In this document: positions 40,079-49,543 of the stretch, one piece after another
How the letters are laid out: the number at the start of each line of letters is the position of its first letter
Numbering within the stretch: the first letter of the stretch is position 1
DNA from: Gemmatimonas sp.
Lineage (GTDB): Bacteria; Gemmatimonadota; Gemmatimonadetes; Gemmatimonadales; Gemmatimonadaceae
Length of the DNA stretch: 64,000 bases
Assembly: GCA_031414535.1 (NCBI GenBank)
Contig: JANNVQ010000049.1
Coordinates: 1 to 64,000, forward strand
Direction of reading: 5' to 3'
Position numbers and translations under genes: made by a program
Notes under the pieces: model-generated
The model's database searches: none
What the model saw: the letters and a program-made list of their open reading frames with translations, nothing else
What the model was told of the DNA's origin: nothing

Positions 40079-40445
40079 CCTGACTCCTAGCTTGAGTCGT
40101 AGCCTGCGTCGTAGCCTGCGTCGTAGCCTTAGCGCTGGGATAGTCGTCCTAGGAGTAGCGGCGCTCACGTGGTGGACTTGGCCGCGCCCTGCGGTGACGA
40201 TTCAAATCGCTCGTGGGGGGATTGCCACCGTGAACGGGGTCGTGTTGCCGGAGACGCTCTTCATCAAGGCGCGCGGACGCAGCACGGTGATCCGAGTGGT
40301 GAATGGCGACTCGACTCGGCATCAACTGGCGCTCTTTGGTGCTGCCGCCGGTGAGACTCGCGACTACACCATCCCGTATCCGGGTATATATGGTGGCGTC
40401 TGCTCCACACATCCAAGCGGCAACCTGACCTATATCGTGCAATGA
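40062..40445 (+). CDS. Small membrane-anchored protein, possibly cupredoxin-like
   Basis: Single TM, then NGDSTRH and PGIYGGVCSTHP motifs; copper operon context. Confidence 0.5.
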   Translation: MSDSRNLTPSLSRSLRRSLRRSLSAGIVVLGVAALTWWTWPRPAVTIQIARGGIATVNGVVLPETLFIKARGRSTVIRVVNGDSTRHQLALFGAAAGETRDYTIPYPGIYGGVCSTHPSGNLTYIVQ

Positions 40446-41959
40446 TGCGTTCACTCCTTCTCCTCGCCCTCTTCCTCTTCGCGTCCGCTCCGGCGGTTGC
40501 GCAAGAAGTGCAGGAGGCCTGCGAGCAGGAGGATGCGAGTTGCGTGCCGCCACCGGTCGCGCGCGAGTTTCGCGGGCTCTGGATTGCCTCGGTCGGCAAC
40601 ATTGATTGGCCCTCGCGCCCTGGCCTCTCTCCAGACTCGGCGCGTCGCGAGCTCACGCGCCTGCTCGACCGCGCGCGCGCGAGCGGACTGAACGCCGTCA
40701 TTTTCCAAGTGCGTCCGCAGGGCGATGCGCTGTACGCCAGCGAGCTTGAGCCTTGGTCGGAATTTCTTACGGGCCAAGAGGGTGTGGCACCCAACCCTTG
40801 GTGGGACCCCCTGCGCTTCGCGGTAGATGAAGCGCACAAGCGCGGCCTCGAGCTTCACGCGTGGTTCAACCCCTACCGCGCGCGGCATACGAGTGCCCGG
40901 AGCGTGCACTCGCCCGGCCACATGCGCCTCGCGCGACCCTCATTGGTGCGTCAGTACGGCACGCAGGAGTGGATGGATCCCGGTGAGCTCGCCGTGCGCC
41001 AGCACACCATCCGCGTCGTCGTTGATGTCGTGAAGCGCTACGACATTGATGGCGTGCACATTGACGACTATTTCTATCCGTACAAGGAGCGCGACCGTCG
41101 CGGGCGCGTGATTGACTTCCCCGACGAGCGCAGCTTCCAGCGCTACCAGGGCAGCGGTGGCACGCTCAACCGCGACGATTGGCGCCGCGACAACGTGAAC
41201 ACGCTCGTGCGTGAACTCTACGAACGCATCCACGCCGAGAAGCCTTGGGTGAAGTTTGGCGTCTCGCCGTTTGGTATTTGGCGCCCCGGGTTCCCGCAGC
41301 AGGTAGTCGGCTTTGACGCCTACAGCGAACTCTACGCCGACGCGCGCAAATGGCTGCAGGAAGGGTGGCTCGACTACTTCTCTCCGCAGCTCTACTGGCC
41401 TGTGCAGCAGCGTGGCCAGGAGTATCCAGTGTTATTGCGCTGGTGGTCGGAGCAAAACGCCTTTGGTCGTCACCTCTGGCCCGGCAATTATACGAGTAAG
41501 GTGGGCGAGACCTCGCGCACGGCGTGGCGCACGAATGAGATTGAGCACCAGATTCGCGTGACGCGCGCCGAGGCCGGTGCCAGCGGTAACGTGCACTTCT
41601 CGGCGAAGGTCTTTTTGGAAGATCGCGATTCGCTGGCCACGCGCCTGCAGCGCAACGTGTACGATGTGACCGCACTCGTCCCCGCATCACCGTGGATGCG
41701 CGTGGTGCGTCAGGCCGCACCGACGGTTGAGCTTCGTCGTGCCGCGAGTGGCGTGCTCACGGCGCGGCTCACGGCATCGCCCGAGACGCCGCGTTGGTGG
41801 CTCGTGCAGACACGCCGCGGTGACGGCACGTGGGAGAGCACCGTGCTGCGGGGCAACGCCAGTGAGATCATCGTGCCGGCTTCGACGGACCGCCTCGCAG
41901 TACGGGCCCTCGATCATGCGTCGATCGAAGGCCCGTCTGTGGTACTTCGCCTGCGCTAA
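40442..41959 (+). CDS. Glycosyl hydrolase-like family 10 protein (YddW/DigH-like)
   Basis: REFRGLWIASVGNIDWPS, HAWFNPYR, DGVHIDDYFYPY, PQLYW. Confidence 0.88.
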   Translation: MMRSLLLLALFLFASAPAVAQEVQEACEQEDASCVPPPVAREFRGLWIASVGNIDWPSRPGLSPDSARRELTRLLDRARASGLNAVIFQVRPQGDALYASELEPWSEFLTGQEGVAPNPWWDPLRFAVDEAHKRGLELHAWFNPYRARHTSARSVHSPGHMRLARPSLVRQYGTQEWMDPGELAVRQHTIRVVVDVVKRYDIDGVHIDDYFYPYKERDRRGRVIDFPDERSFQRYQGSGGTLNRDDWRRDNVNTLVRELYERIHAEKPWVKFGVSPFGIWRPGFPQQVVGFDAYSELYADARKWLQEGWLDYFSPQLYWPVQQRGQEYPVLLRWWSEQNAFGRHLWPGNYTSKVGETSRTAWRTNEIEHQIRVTRAEAGASGNVHFSAKVFLEDRDSLATRLQRNVYDVTALVPASPWMRVVRQAAPTVELRRAASGVLTARLTASPETPRWWLVQTRRGDGTWESTVLRGNASEIIVPASTDRLAVRALDHASIEGPSVVLRLR

Positions 41960-41999
41960 GTCGCCGCGTTAGTCGCCGCGTTAGGCGCAGCGTGAAAGC

Positions 42000-44900
42000 T
42001 TAGCGCTGCGTACGCAGCCAGCGCGTGTAGGCCCGCTCCATTTCTTCGAGCTCAAACGGCGAGCTGCTCCCGCCGCCGCCCGCCATCCGCTCCACGCGCA
42101 GCATCTGACGATACGTCTCGCCATCAACGGTCATGGCCACTACGTACGTACCGGCTTCGGCCGTCGGCGCACCACCACCGAATCCGCCACCACCGCCGCC
42201 GCCGCCCATCGCGCCCGTAGCGCGCATGATGGCGAACAGATCTTCCTGCGTGATGCCCATGCCTGCGCCTGGCTCACCCGGAGCACCTGCTCCACCCGCT
42301 CCACCTGCTCCACCTTGACGACGACCACCAGCTCCCGGCGGAGCCGACTCGCCCGGACGCTCAACCCAACGGCCCGGCTGCGCCTGACCGGCACCACCAC
42401 CACCGCCACCGCCGAACCCAAACTGACGGGCCATCGCCTGCATGCCAGTCGCGCCCTGCGCCATCGAACGACGAAGCATCTCAATAGCCGGCGCCGGAAT
42501 GCGACCTTCCGCCGCAACGGAGTCGAGCACCACGGTCACACGACGCGCCTGCAGAAGGGAATCACGCAGCGCCGCGCCCTTCAGTGCCGGACGCGGAGCC
42601 GCACGGCCTTGGAAGGCCCACGTCACCTTGTGCACGCCAGCCTGACCCTGACCCGTGAGCGTCTGCATCGTGTCGCCAGCGGCATCCATCACCACCACGC
42701 GCACCGGCCCGACGTTCTTGCTCAACCGATACCAGATGTCCGCGCCGTACTGCGGGCTCGGCGCGGAGAAGAGCATGTTGCCCGTGGAGTTGCCTTCCAT
42801 CGGCGGCTCGCCCCACTGGAAGCCCGTGCGCGGCGCGTACAGGTGCGCCGTCTGCGTCATCGCACCAGCCATCTGCTGCAGCGGGGCAATGTCCACAATC
42901 CAAATCGCGCGGCCGTGCGTGCCAGCAATGAGCTCGGCGTCGCGCGGATGAATGCGCAGGTCGTGCACCGGCACGTTCGGCAGGCCAGTCATGAAGGCCT
43001 GCCACGTCGCGCCACGATCACCCGACACGTAGGCACCGATGTCGGTACCAACGAAGAGCAGGTTCGCGTTCTTCACATCTTCGCGAATCACGTGCACGAA
43101 GTTGGCACCACCCTTCGGCAGGTTGTTGGCGATGGAGCGGAACGACGCGCCACCGTTGTCCGACACAAACACATACGGTGTGAAGTCACCGCGACGATGA
43201 TTGTCGAAGGTCACGTACACGCGATTCACCTCAGCATTCGAGGGCTCGATGCGCGACACATACGTGCCAGCCGGCACACCAGCAAAGCGCGACGTGAGTT
43301 CCGTCCACGCGCCGCCGTCGTTTGCCGTCATCCACACGCGGCCGTCATCCGTACCGGCATAGAGCAAGCCCGCCTTCACCGGCGATTCATTGAGCGAGAC
43401 GATGGTCCCGAAGGTCTCGGCGCCCGTCGCGTCAATCGTGATGCCACCCGTGGTACGCGTGGAGATGCGAACCTTCATCGTGTCGGCGTAGGAGAGGTCA
43501 GCCGAGATGGGGAACATGTTGTCGCCACGCTGCACGGACTTGTACACCCGGTTGGCGCCCATGTAGAGCACGCTTGGGTTGTGCGGCGAGAGGAAGAACG
43601 GCGTGTTCCAGTTCCAACGCGGTGAATCGGCAATCGAGTCCGTGCGCTGCTGTGCGCGCAAGCCATCGAGCGTACGACGTAGCGCCGGCGTCACGGGGCG
43701 CGTGGTATCGCCACGCACGGTCATGATGGAATCTTCCCACTTCATATACTGCGCACGATAGTTCGGCTTCTGCAGCGCAGTGCGCTGGCCCTCAGAGACG
43801 ATGTAGCGGCCCATGTTGCCGCCCTGCGAGGTCCCGTAGATGATGTTCGCGTTGGTCGGGTCCTGGTTGGTGACGAAGCCGTCGCCGCCGTTGAACGTGA
43901 ACCACATCGCGTTCGTGATCGGGCCCTGACGACGACGCGAGGGACCGCACCATGAACCGTTGTCCTGCAGGCCACCGCACACGCGGTAGGGCACGGCCAT
44001 GTCATACGAGATGTTGTAGAACTGCCCGATTGCGAAGGTGTTCGGGAAGATGTAGTTGCCACCGTTATCGAAGGTGATGCCGATGCCACCGTCGTTACCG
44101 ACGATGTGGCGATCCGGATCCTTCGGGTCAATCCATTGCGCGTGATGGTCCACGTGCAGACCGACCGTCGCGTTTCGCGCGTTCTTGCCGCCCTCATCCG
44201 AGACCTTCACCGGCGTGGACGAGAACCACACGCGGTTGGGGTTGGTCGGATGCACACGCACCTGCGAGTAATAGAAGGGGCGAACGTTGTCCGTCGCCGT
44301 GCGCTCCCACGTCTTGCCACCATCAGCGGAACGATACAAACCGCTGTTGCTCGTCTGCGCGCGTGAGCCAGCCGCCGGACGAGGATTCGGATTCGTATCC
44401 GCTTCCACCATCACATACACGACGTCGCCATTGCTCGGCGCAATCGCAATCTCCATACGACCCTTCATCTGCGTCGGGAAACCACCGCCCGTCACTTCCG
44501 TCCAGGTCTCGCCACCGTCTTCCGAGCGCCAGAGCGCCGACCCACGGCCACCCGACTGCAAGAAGTAGGGGCCGCGCAGACGATGATAGCTCGTCGCCAT
44601 CAACACGTTCGGATTCGACGGATGAATATCAATGTCCACGAAGCCCGTGGTGTCATTGATGAACTTCTTCAGCGTCCACGTCGTGCCGCCGTCGGTGGTC
44701 TTGTACAGTCCACGCTCACGGCTCGGGCGCCACGCGGCGCCAAGTGCAGCCACCCACGCCACGTTCGGATTGGTCGGGTGCACGATGATGCGGCCTACGT
44801 GCTCCGTCTCTTTCAGACCCATGAAGTTCCAGGTTAGGCCGCCGTCCGTGGACTTAAAGACGCCGCCGCCCGGGGAGATGGAGTTACGCGAGTTGGGCTC

Positions 44901-45221
44901 GCCGGTGCCGAGGTAGATGACATTGGTGTCGCTCGGCGCAATTGCGAGATCGCCCAGCGAGGCCACTCCGTAATTGTCGAACACCGGGCGGAAGGTCACG
45001 CCGTTGTTCGTCGTCTTCCACACACCGCCCGCGGCGGCTGCGACGAAGAAGGTCTTGCTGGGCGAGGGAATACCCTCGACGTCAGCAATGCGGCCAGACA
45101 TGTTGGCCGGGCCAACCTGGCGCCAGCGGAGGCCGTCAATGACCGACTGGTCGACGGTTTGAGCCCCGAGCTGAGTAATGCCAGCGAGGCTGAGTGTGGC
45201 TACGAGCTTGAGTGCGCGCAT
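42000..45221 (-). CDS. Secreted VPS10/BNR-repeat beta-propeller protein (glycosyl hydrolase-like)
   Basis: WRQVGPANMSGRI, many S/T-x-DGG-x-TW Asp-boxes, GGLQDNG; Gly-rich tail. Confidence 0.88.
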   Translation of the reverse strand: MRALKLVATLSLAGITQLGAQTVDQSVIDGLRWRQVGPANMSGRIADVEGIPSPSKTFFVAAAAGGVWKTTNNGVTFRPVFDNYGVASLGDLAIAPSDTNVIYLGTGEPNSRNSISPGGGVFKSTDGGLTWNFMGLKETEHVGRIIVHPTNPNVAWVAALGAAWRPSRERGLYKTTDGGTTWTLKKFINDTTGFVDIDIHPSNPNVLMATSYHRLRGPYFLQSGGRGSALWRSEDGGETWTEVTGGGFPTQMKGRMEIAIAPSNGDVVYVMVEADTNPNPRPAAGSRAQTSNSGLYRSADGGKTWERTATDNVRPFYYSQVRVHPTNPNRVWFSSTPVKVSDEGGKNARNATVGLHVDHHAQWIDPKDPDRHIVGNDGGIGITFDNGGNYIFPNTFAIGQFYNISYDMAVPYRVCGGLQDNGSWCGPSRRRQGPITNAMWFTFNGGDGFVTNQDPTNANIIYGTSQGGNMGRYIVSEGQRTALQKPNYRAQYMKWEDSIMTVRGDTTRPVTPALRRTLDGLRAQQRTDSIADSPRWNWNTPFFLSPHNPSVLYMGANRVYKSVQRGDNMFPISADLSYADTMKVRISTRTTGGITIDATGAETFGTIVSLNESPVKAGLLYAGTDDGRVWMTANDGGAWTELTSRFAGVPAGTYVSRIEPSNAEVNRVYVTFDNHRRGDFTPYVFVSDNGGASFRSIANNLPKGGANFVHVIREDVKNANLLFVGTDIGAYVSGDRGATWQAFMTGLPNVPVHDLRIHPRDAELIAGTHGRAIWIVDIAPLQQMAGAMTQTAHLYAPRTGFQWGEPPMEGNSTGNMLFSAPSPQYGADIWYRLSKNVGPVRVVVMDAAGDTMQTLTGQGQAGVHKVTWAFQGRAAPRPALKGAALRDSLLQARRVTVVLDSVAAEGRIPAPAIEMLRRSMAQGATGMQAMARQFGFGGGGGGGAGQAQPGRWVERPGESAPPGAGGRRQGGAGGAGGAGAPGEPGAGMGITQEDLFAIMRATGAMGGGGGGGGFGGGAPTAEAGTYVVAMTVDGETYRQMLRVERMAGGGGSSSPFELEEMERAYTRWLRTQR

Positions 45222-45403
45222 GGGGGTGGGTTTGGGACGGATGACGGATGCTAACCGCTACGGCAACTCAGAATGTACGCTGGCCACGGGCGCACCGTTG
45301 GCGGCCTCGAGAAGCGCGTTGCAGGGCCTAGTCCCTTCCCCCGCCGACGCACTCCTTCGCACATTCCCCTCCTCCCCTTCCCCCTTCCCCTCCTCGCTCT
45401 TCA

Positions 45404-45889
45404 ATGCGAAGCCGCTTTTCAGTATCGCTCTTCGCTCTTCTCCTCCTCGCCTGCGGTCCTGAGCGTCTCGAAAAGACCGAAGCCAATCTTCAGCAGGCAG
45501 TGGCCAAGGCCCTCACCCGCGGGGACACCGCCACGCTTTGGCTCTTTATAGAAGTGCCCTTCGCGTATGACAGTTTTTATATCGCGGGCCCACGCACGCC
45601 GGCGGCCCAGATTGCCGACGTGTTCAAGTCAGACGATTGGATTCCAGAGCTCACGCGCGACATCGAGAATCAGGATCACTTTCACCTGCTGCTCTTTGAA
45701 GTGCGCGGCGAGTTGATTCCCGCCACGCTGCTCAAGAGCGTGGCGGACTTTGACCCCGCGTTGGTGGGACGGGTGTACGGACCGGACGACCGCTTCCGCC
45801 TCCGCAGGGCATCGGGGCCGGGCACGGGGGCGCCAATGATTGTGGCACTCCAAGAGACGCCGGCTCCGGCAGCTTCTTCTCGCGAGTGA
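45404..45889 (+). CDS. Hypothetical lipoprotein
   Basis: Lipobox LLAC; overlaps the 3' end of the convergent GH20 gene. Confidence 0.55.
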   Translation: MRSRFSVSLFALLLLACGPERLEKTEANLQQAVAKALTRGDTATLWLFIEVPFAYDSFYIAGPRTPAAQIADVFKSDDWIPELTRDIENQDHFHLLLFEVRGELIPATLLKSVADFDPALVGRVYGPDDRFRLRRASGPGTGAPMIVALQETPAPAASSRE

Positions 45890-47924
45890 AGCGGCGGCGC
45901 GCGGCGTCCATCGCGTTGGTGCGCTCCACCCAACGCGCGATCTCCACGTCATACCGCGCCAGGTTGTTCTGTAGCCAGTAGGGTCGGTTCTCGGCCACGT
46001 ACGAACGCTCAAACAGTTCGCGCGTGAGCACGAAGCCGTCGCGCATGTCTTGGAGCTTGCCGTTGATGCCCGTAAACTCGGCGAACTCCTTCCACGTCAC
46101 CGTATCGAGCGTGGCGAGCGCGAGTACCCCTTGCGCCACTTCGTCGGCGATCTGGAACTTCATCGCTAGCCAATCAATGCGGCGGGCGCCGAGCTCCATG
46201 GCATCAACAGCGCTTGTTTCGCGCAGATGGCGCTGCGTGCGCGCGCGGGCGATTTGTACGAGCGCGCTTTCCGCGTGCACGCGCACTGCGGCCAAGTGCG
46301 GACGCAACTTGATTGTCTCAATGACACCTTCCTCGCTCCATGGATCGAGGAAGAACAGGTAGCTACCCGCGTCTCCGGAACCGGCGCGCTGCAGCGCCGC
46401 GTGCGCGGCCATCAAGTGTTGCTGCGCGGCATCAATGGCGCCGAGTGTGTCACCGTGGAAGGTGATGCCATAGGCGCGCTGGAAGTTCGGGATGCTCGAC
46501 TCGCCGTTCTGCCACGACGCCGCGGCGCCGAAGACGAGACCGTACCACACCTGCTCAAAGATCGCATCGCCCCAATCGTCCCACGTCGTGTTGATCACAC
46601 CGGTTGAGCCGCCGCGCTGACCGTCGCGCACGAAGCCTTGGATGTTGGGCAGCGCGGTGTTGCTGTTGGGATACACGCCATTCCAGTTGCTCACGCCCGG
46701 CGCGACCCATGTTTCCATGCCCGCGTCGCGAAACGGCTTGAGATAGCGATCGAAGTTGCTGCGCGACCAATAGTCCCAACCCACCGCGATGAGATCCTTG
46801 GGCAGGCGCGAAACCAGATTGGGCGAGTTCATCGCGATGTCGCCCCAGAACAGGTAGCGCTTGCCTGGCTTGCGTACCGTCGCGACGATATCACGCAGAT
46901 AGTTGATGTACGCGCGGCCAATGCCGGAGTCGGCGACGGTTGCAGCGGTGCGGCCCTTGCCGAGTTCAAAGGTCTCGTCGGCGCCCAAGTGCACGAACGG
47001 CGACGGGAACATCGAGTCAATCTCCGCGAACACGCCGCGCGTGAATGCCAGCGTCCCGCTCTGGCCCGGTGCGAGCACGTGCCCGTGCGGCGTCTCGGCG
47101 AGATCAGCGTAGAGCTCCAGCTTGAGCGCGTGATGCAGATGCCCAAAGGTCTGCTGCTGCGGAATCACCGTGATGTGGTAGCGCCGCGCGTAAGCCACCA
47201 ACTCGGCCACGTCCTCGCGGCTCATTGATCCGCCCGGCGGTGCAATCACCGGCTGCGAGGCAAACTGCAGCGTGTGTTCAAAGTACAGCGTGAACGTGTT
47301 GATCTTGTATGCCGCGAGACGGCGCACTTGGGATTTTTGGTATGCGAGCGTCGGCACCGGGCCACGCGAGAGATCGTCCTGCACACCGCGCCAACGCATG
47401 GCCGGCCAATCGCGGATCACGACGCGCTCAAGGCGTGCAGAGTTGCCAGCGCCGATGATCAACTGCTTAATCGTTTGCAGGCCGTAGAACACGCCCGCAT
47501 TTGAGTGCGCGACAATCGTCGCTCCGGCGGTGTCTGTGACGAGGATGTAGCCCTCGTCATTCATCGCGTTGTCCCAACGCAGACGCGCTTGGTCGAGAAA
47601 GCGTCGCGCGGGCTCGGAGCCGTTACGTAGCACGCTCACGTGCCAGCCGTGTGCACTCGCGTGGACGGAAGCGCTGAAGCCGCGTTCGCGCATGGACTCG
47701 GCGAATTCTCGTGCCGCGTCGGCGTCGGTGGCGTCGCTGCCGGGGCTGACGGAGATCTGCGCGCGGAAGAGTGCGGAGCCGTCGTGGCGAACGAGTTCGC
47801 GGGGGGCCGGGAGCAGGCGAAGGGCCGAAGCGGCGGTCGCGGGGGCTGCTGGGGTCGCGGTCGGCCGGGACTGGCCGATCAGCGCTGCGGGCATCAACAG
47901 CGCGAGGAGGGCGAATTGGCGCAT
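45732..47924 (-). CDS. Beta-N-acetylhexosaminidase-like protein (GH20)
   Basis: DEGY, GVFYGLQT, IRDWP..WRG, DLSRG, HLGADE catalytic motif; signal peptide from MRQFALL. Confidence 0.88.
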   Translation of the reverse strand: MRQFALLALLMPAALIGQSRPTATPAAPATAASALRLLPAPRELVRHDGSALFRAQISVSPGSDATDADAAREFAESMRERGFSASVHASAHGWHVSVLRNGSEPARRFLDQARLRWDNAMNDEGYILVTDTAGATIVAHSNAGVFYGLQTIKQLIIGAGNSARLERVVIRDWPAMRWRGVQDDLSRGPVPTLAYQKSQVRRLAAYKINTFTLYFEHTLQFASQPVIAPPGGSMSREDVAELVAYARRYHITVIPQQQTFGHLHHALKLELYADLAETPHGHVLAPGQSGTLAFTRGVFAEIDSMFPSPFVHLGADETFELGKGRTAATVADSGIGRAYINYLRDIVATVRKPGKRYLFWGDIAMNSPNLVSRLPKDLIAVGWDYWSRSNFDRYLKPFRDAGMETWVAPGVSNWNGVYPNSNTALPNIQGFVRDGQRGGSTGVINTTWDDWGDAIFEQVWYGLVFGAAASWQNGESSIPNFQRAYGITFHGDTLGAIDAAQQHLMAAHAALQRAGSGDAGSYLFFLDPWSEEGVIETIKLRPHLAAVRVHAESALVQIARARTQRHLRETSAVDAMELGARRIDWLAMKFQIADEVAQGVLALATLDTVTWKEFAEFTGINGKLQDMRDGFVLTRELFERSYVAENRPYWLQNNLARYDVEIARWVERTNAMDAARRRFTREKKLPEPASLGVPQSLAPPCPAPMPCGGGSGRPVRTPVPPTRGQSPPRS

Positions 47925-48018
47925 GGGCAGAATGTAATGATTGTGAGTGCCACCGAGCCCGGCGTTACCCTGCGGCATGATCGAGCGCCGCCGAGGGGGA
48001 TCAGACGACCTTGTCGAA

Positions 48019-48036
48019 GTAGCTACTAGTAGCTAC
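48019..48036. promoter_or_regulatory. TA operon autoregulatory operator
   Basis: Perfect 18-bp palindrome GTAGCTAC-TA-GTAGCTAC overlapping the -10-like TACATT. Confidence 0.7.
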
Positions 48037-48045
48037 ATTTCCGAA

Positions 48046-48348
48046 ATGAAGACCGTCGGTATCAAAGAGCTCAAGAACAAGCTGAGCGAATACGTGCAGT
48101 TGGCGAAGTCCGGCGAGGTCGTGATGATTACTCACCGCGGCGAGGTCGTGGCGGAGTTGCGCGCGCCGAAGCGGTCGGACGATCCGCTCATGGACGATCC
48201 GTGGTTTGCCGAGCAGGTGCGTTTGGGCCTCATCACACCTGCCAAGGTGCCGCCGGGCACGCCGCTCAAGCTCACGCGTGACTATCCGCTCGTTCCCCTC
48301 GAGGAAATCTTACGCGACCTTGACGAGATGGGTGAGGACCGCATTTGA
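48046..48348 (+). CDS. Phd/YefM-family antitoxin
   Basis: MKTVGIKELKNKLSEY..GEVVMITHRGEVVAEL. Confidence 0.9.
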   Translation: MKTVGIKELKNKLSEYVQLAKSGEVVMITHRGEVVAELRAPKRSDDPLMDDPWFAEQVRLGLITPAKVPPGTPLKLTRDYPLVPLEEILRDLDEMGEDRI

Positions 48349-48731
48349 TCTACGTGGACGCGTCAGTCGTTCTCGCGTCGTTATTTGGCGAGGCTCAGCG
48401 GCCGAGTGATCTCTTCTGGGATGGACCGCGGCTAGCGAGTCGGCTGACCGATCTCGAAGTGCGTGTTCGGACCGCGTCTCGTTTGCCTCAGGGTCAGAGC
48501 GTCATCGGCATGCAGCACATCCTGTCCCGGGTGCGGTTCGTGGAGATTTCAGAGCGGTCAGTGGAGCTGCTCTACACCGCCCCACCACGGTCGCTGCGCA
48601 CGCTCGATGCGATTCATCTGGCGACACTCGCACATTTGAACCGCGGACCGCGCCACATCGCACTCGCCACCTACGACCGTCGCCTCGCCACCGCCGCTCA
48701 AGCAATGGGCTTCACCGTGATCACCCCATGA
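48345..48731 (+). CDS. vapC: PIN-domain (VapC) toxin
   Basis: IYVDASV, LRTLDAIHLATL, TYDRRL. Confidence 0.88.
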   Translation: MIYVDASVVLASLFGEAQRPSDLFWDGPRLASRLTDLEVRVRTASRLPQGQSVIGMQHILSRVRFVEISERSVELLYTAPPRSLRTLDAIHLATLAHLNRGPRHIALATYDRRLATAAQAMGFTVITP

Positions 48732-49543
48732 GCCGCCGCGAATATTGGCGTCGAGTCATCTTCGACCACGACACGTCGGCCGGCCGTCGCTTCGACGTCC
48801 TGCTCATCATCGCCATCGTCAGCAGCGTTGCGACGATGATCCTCGACAGCGTCGCCGGCCTTCCCGACTGGCTGCACGACACGCTGTTCTGGCTCGAGTG
48901 GACGTTCACCGTGCTGTTCACCATCGAGTACGCGGCGCGGCTCTGGTGCGCGGCTAATCGCGTATCCTACGCGCGCGGATTCTTCGGCGTCGTCGATCTG
49001 CTCGCCATCCTGCCCTCGTGGATTGGCCTGCTCTTTCCCGAGACGCGCTTCCTAGGCGTGGTCCGTGTGCTGCGCGTCCTGCGCATCTTCCGCATCCTCA
49101 AGCTCACGCAGTACGTAGCCGAGGCTAGCGTAATTACGCGGGCGCTGGTGGCGGCACGCTACAAGATCATCGTGTTCATGTTCAGCATCGTCACGGCGGT
49201 GAGCGTGGTGGGGTCCCTGATGTTCGTGATCGAAGGCCCCGAGCACGGTTTCACAAGCATTCCCGTTTCCATGTATTGGGCTATCGTGACCATGACCACC
49301 GTGGGCTACGGGGACATCTCACCGGTGACAACGGCGGGCCGTATGCTTGCGAGCGTACTGATGATCATGGGCTACGGGATTATCGCGGTGCCTACGGGCA
49401 TCGTGACAATGGAGCTACAGCGCGCGCAGAACAATCTGCCGCGCGCGGTGACCTGCCCTGTCTGTGGGCGGGATGGACATGACTTGGATGCGCACTTCTG
49501 CAAAGGCTGCGGGGCGAAGCTTCCGCTGGCGGGAGTGCTTTAA
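48728..49543 (+). CDS. Voltage-gated potassium channel-like ion transporter
   Basis: S4 RVLRVLRIFRILK, filter TTVGYGD, C-terminal CxxC..CxxC. Confidence 0.92.
   Translation: MSRREYWRRVIFDHDTSAGRRFDVLLIIAIVSSVATMILDSVAGLPDWLHDTLFWLEWTFTVLFTIEYAARLWCAANRVSYARGFFGVVDLLAILPSWIGLLFPETRFLGVVRVLRVLRIFRILKLTQYVAEASVITRALVAARYKIIVFMFSIVTAVSVVGSLMFVIEGPEHGFTSIPVSMYWAIVTMTTVGYGDISPVTTAGRMLASVLMIMGYGIIAVPTGIVTMELQRAQNNLPRAVTCPVCGRDGHDLDAHFCKGCGAKLPLAGVL

Noticed and set aside
42315..43625. Long antisense ORFs (also 19008..20132, 32895..34061, 33076..34161, 63144..63848)
   Set aside because: Shadows of well-supported genes in high-GC DNA, with no motifs of their own
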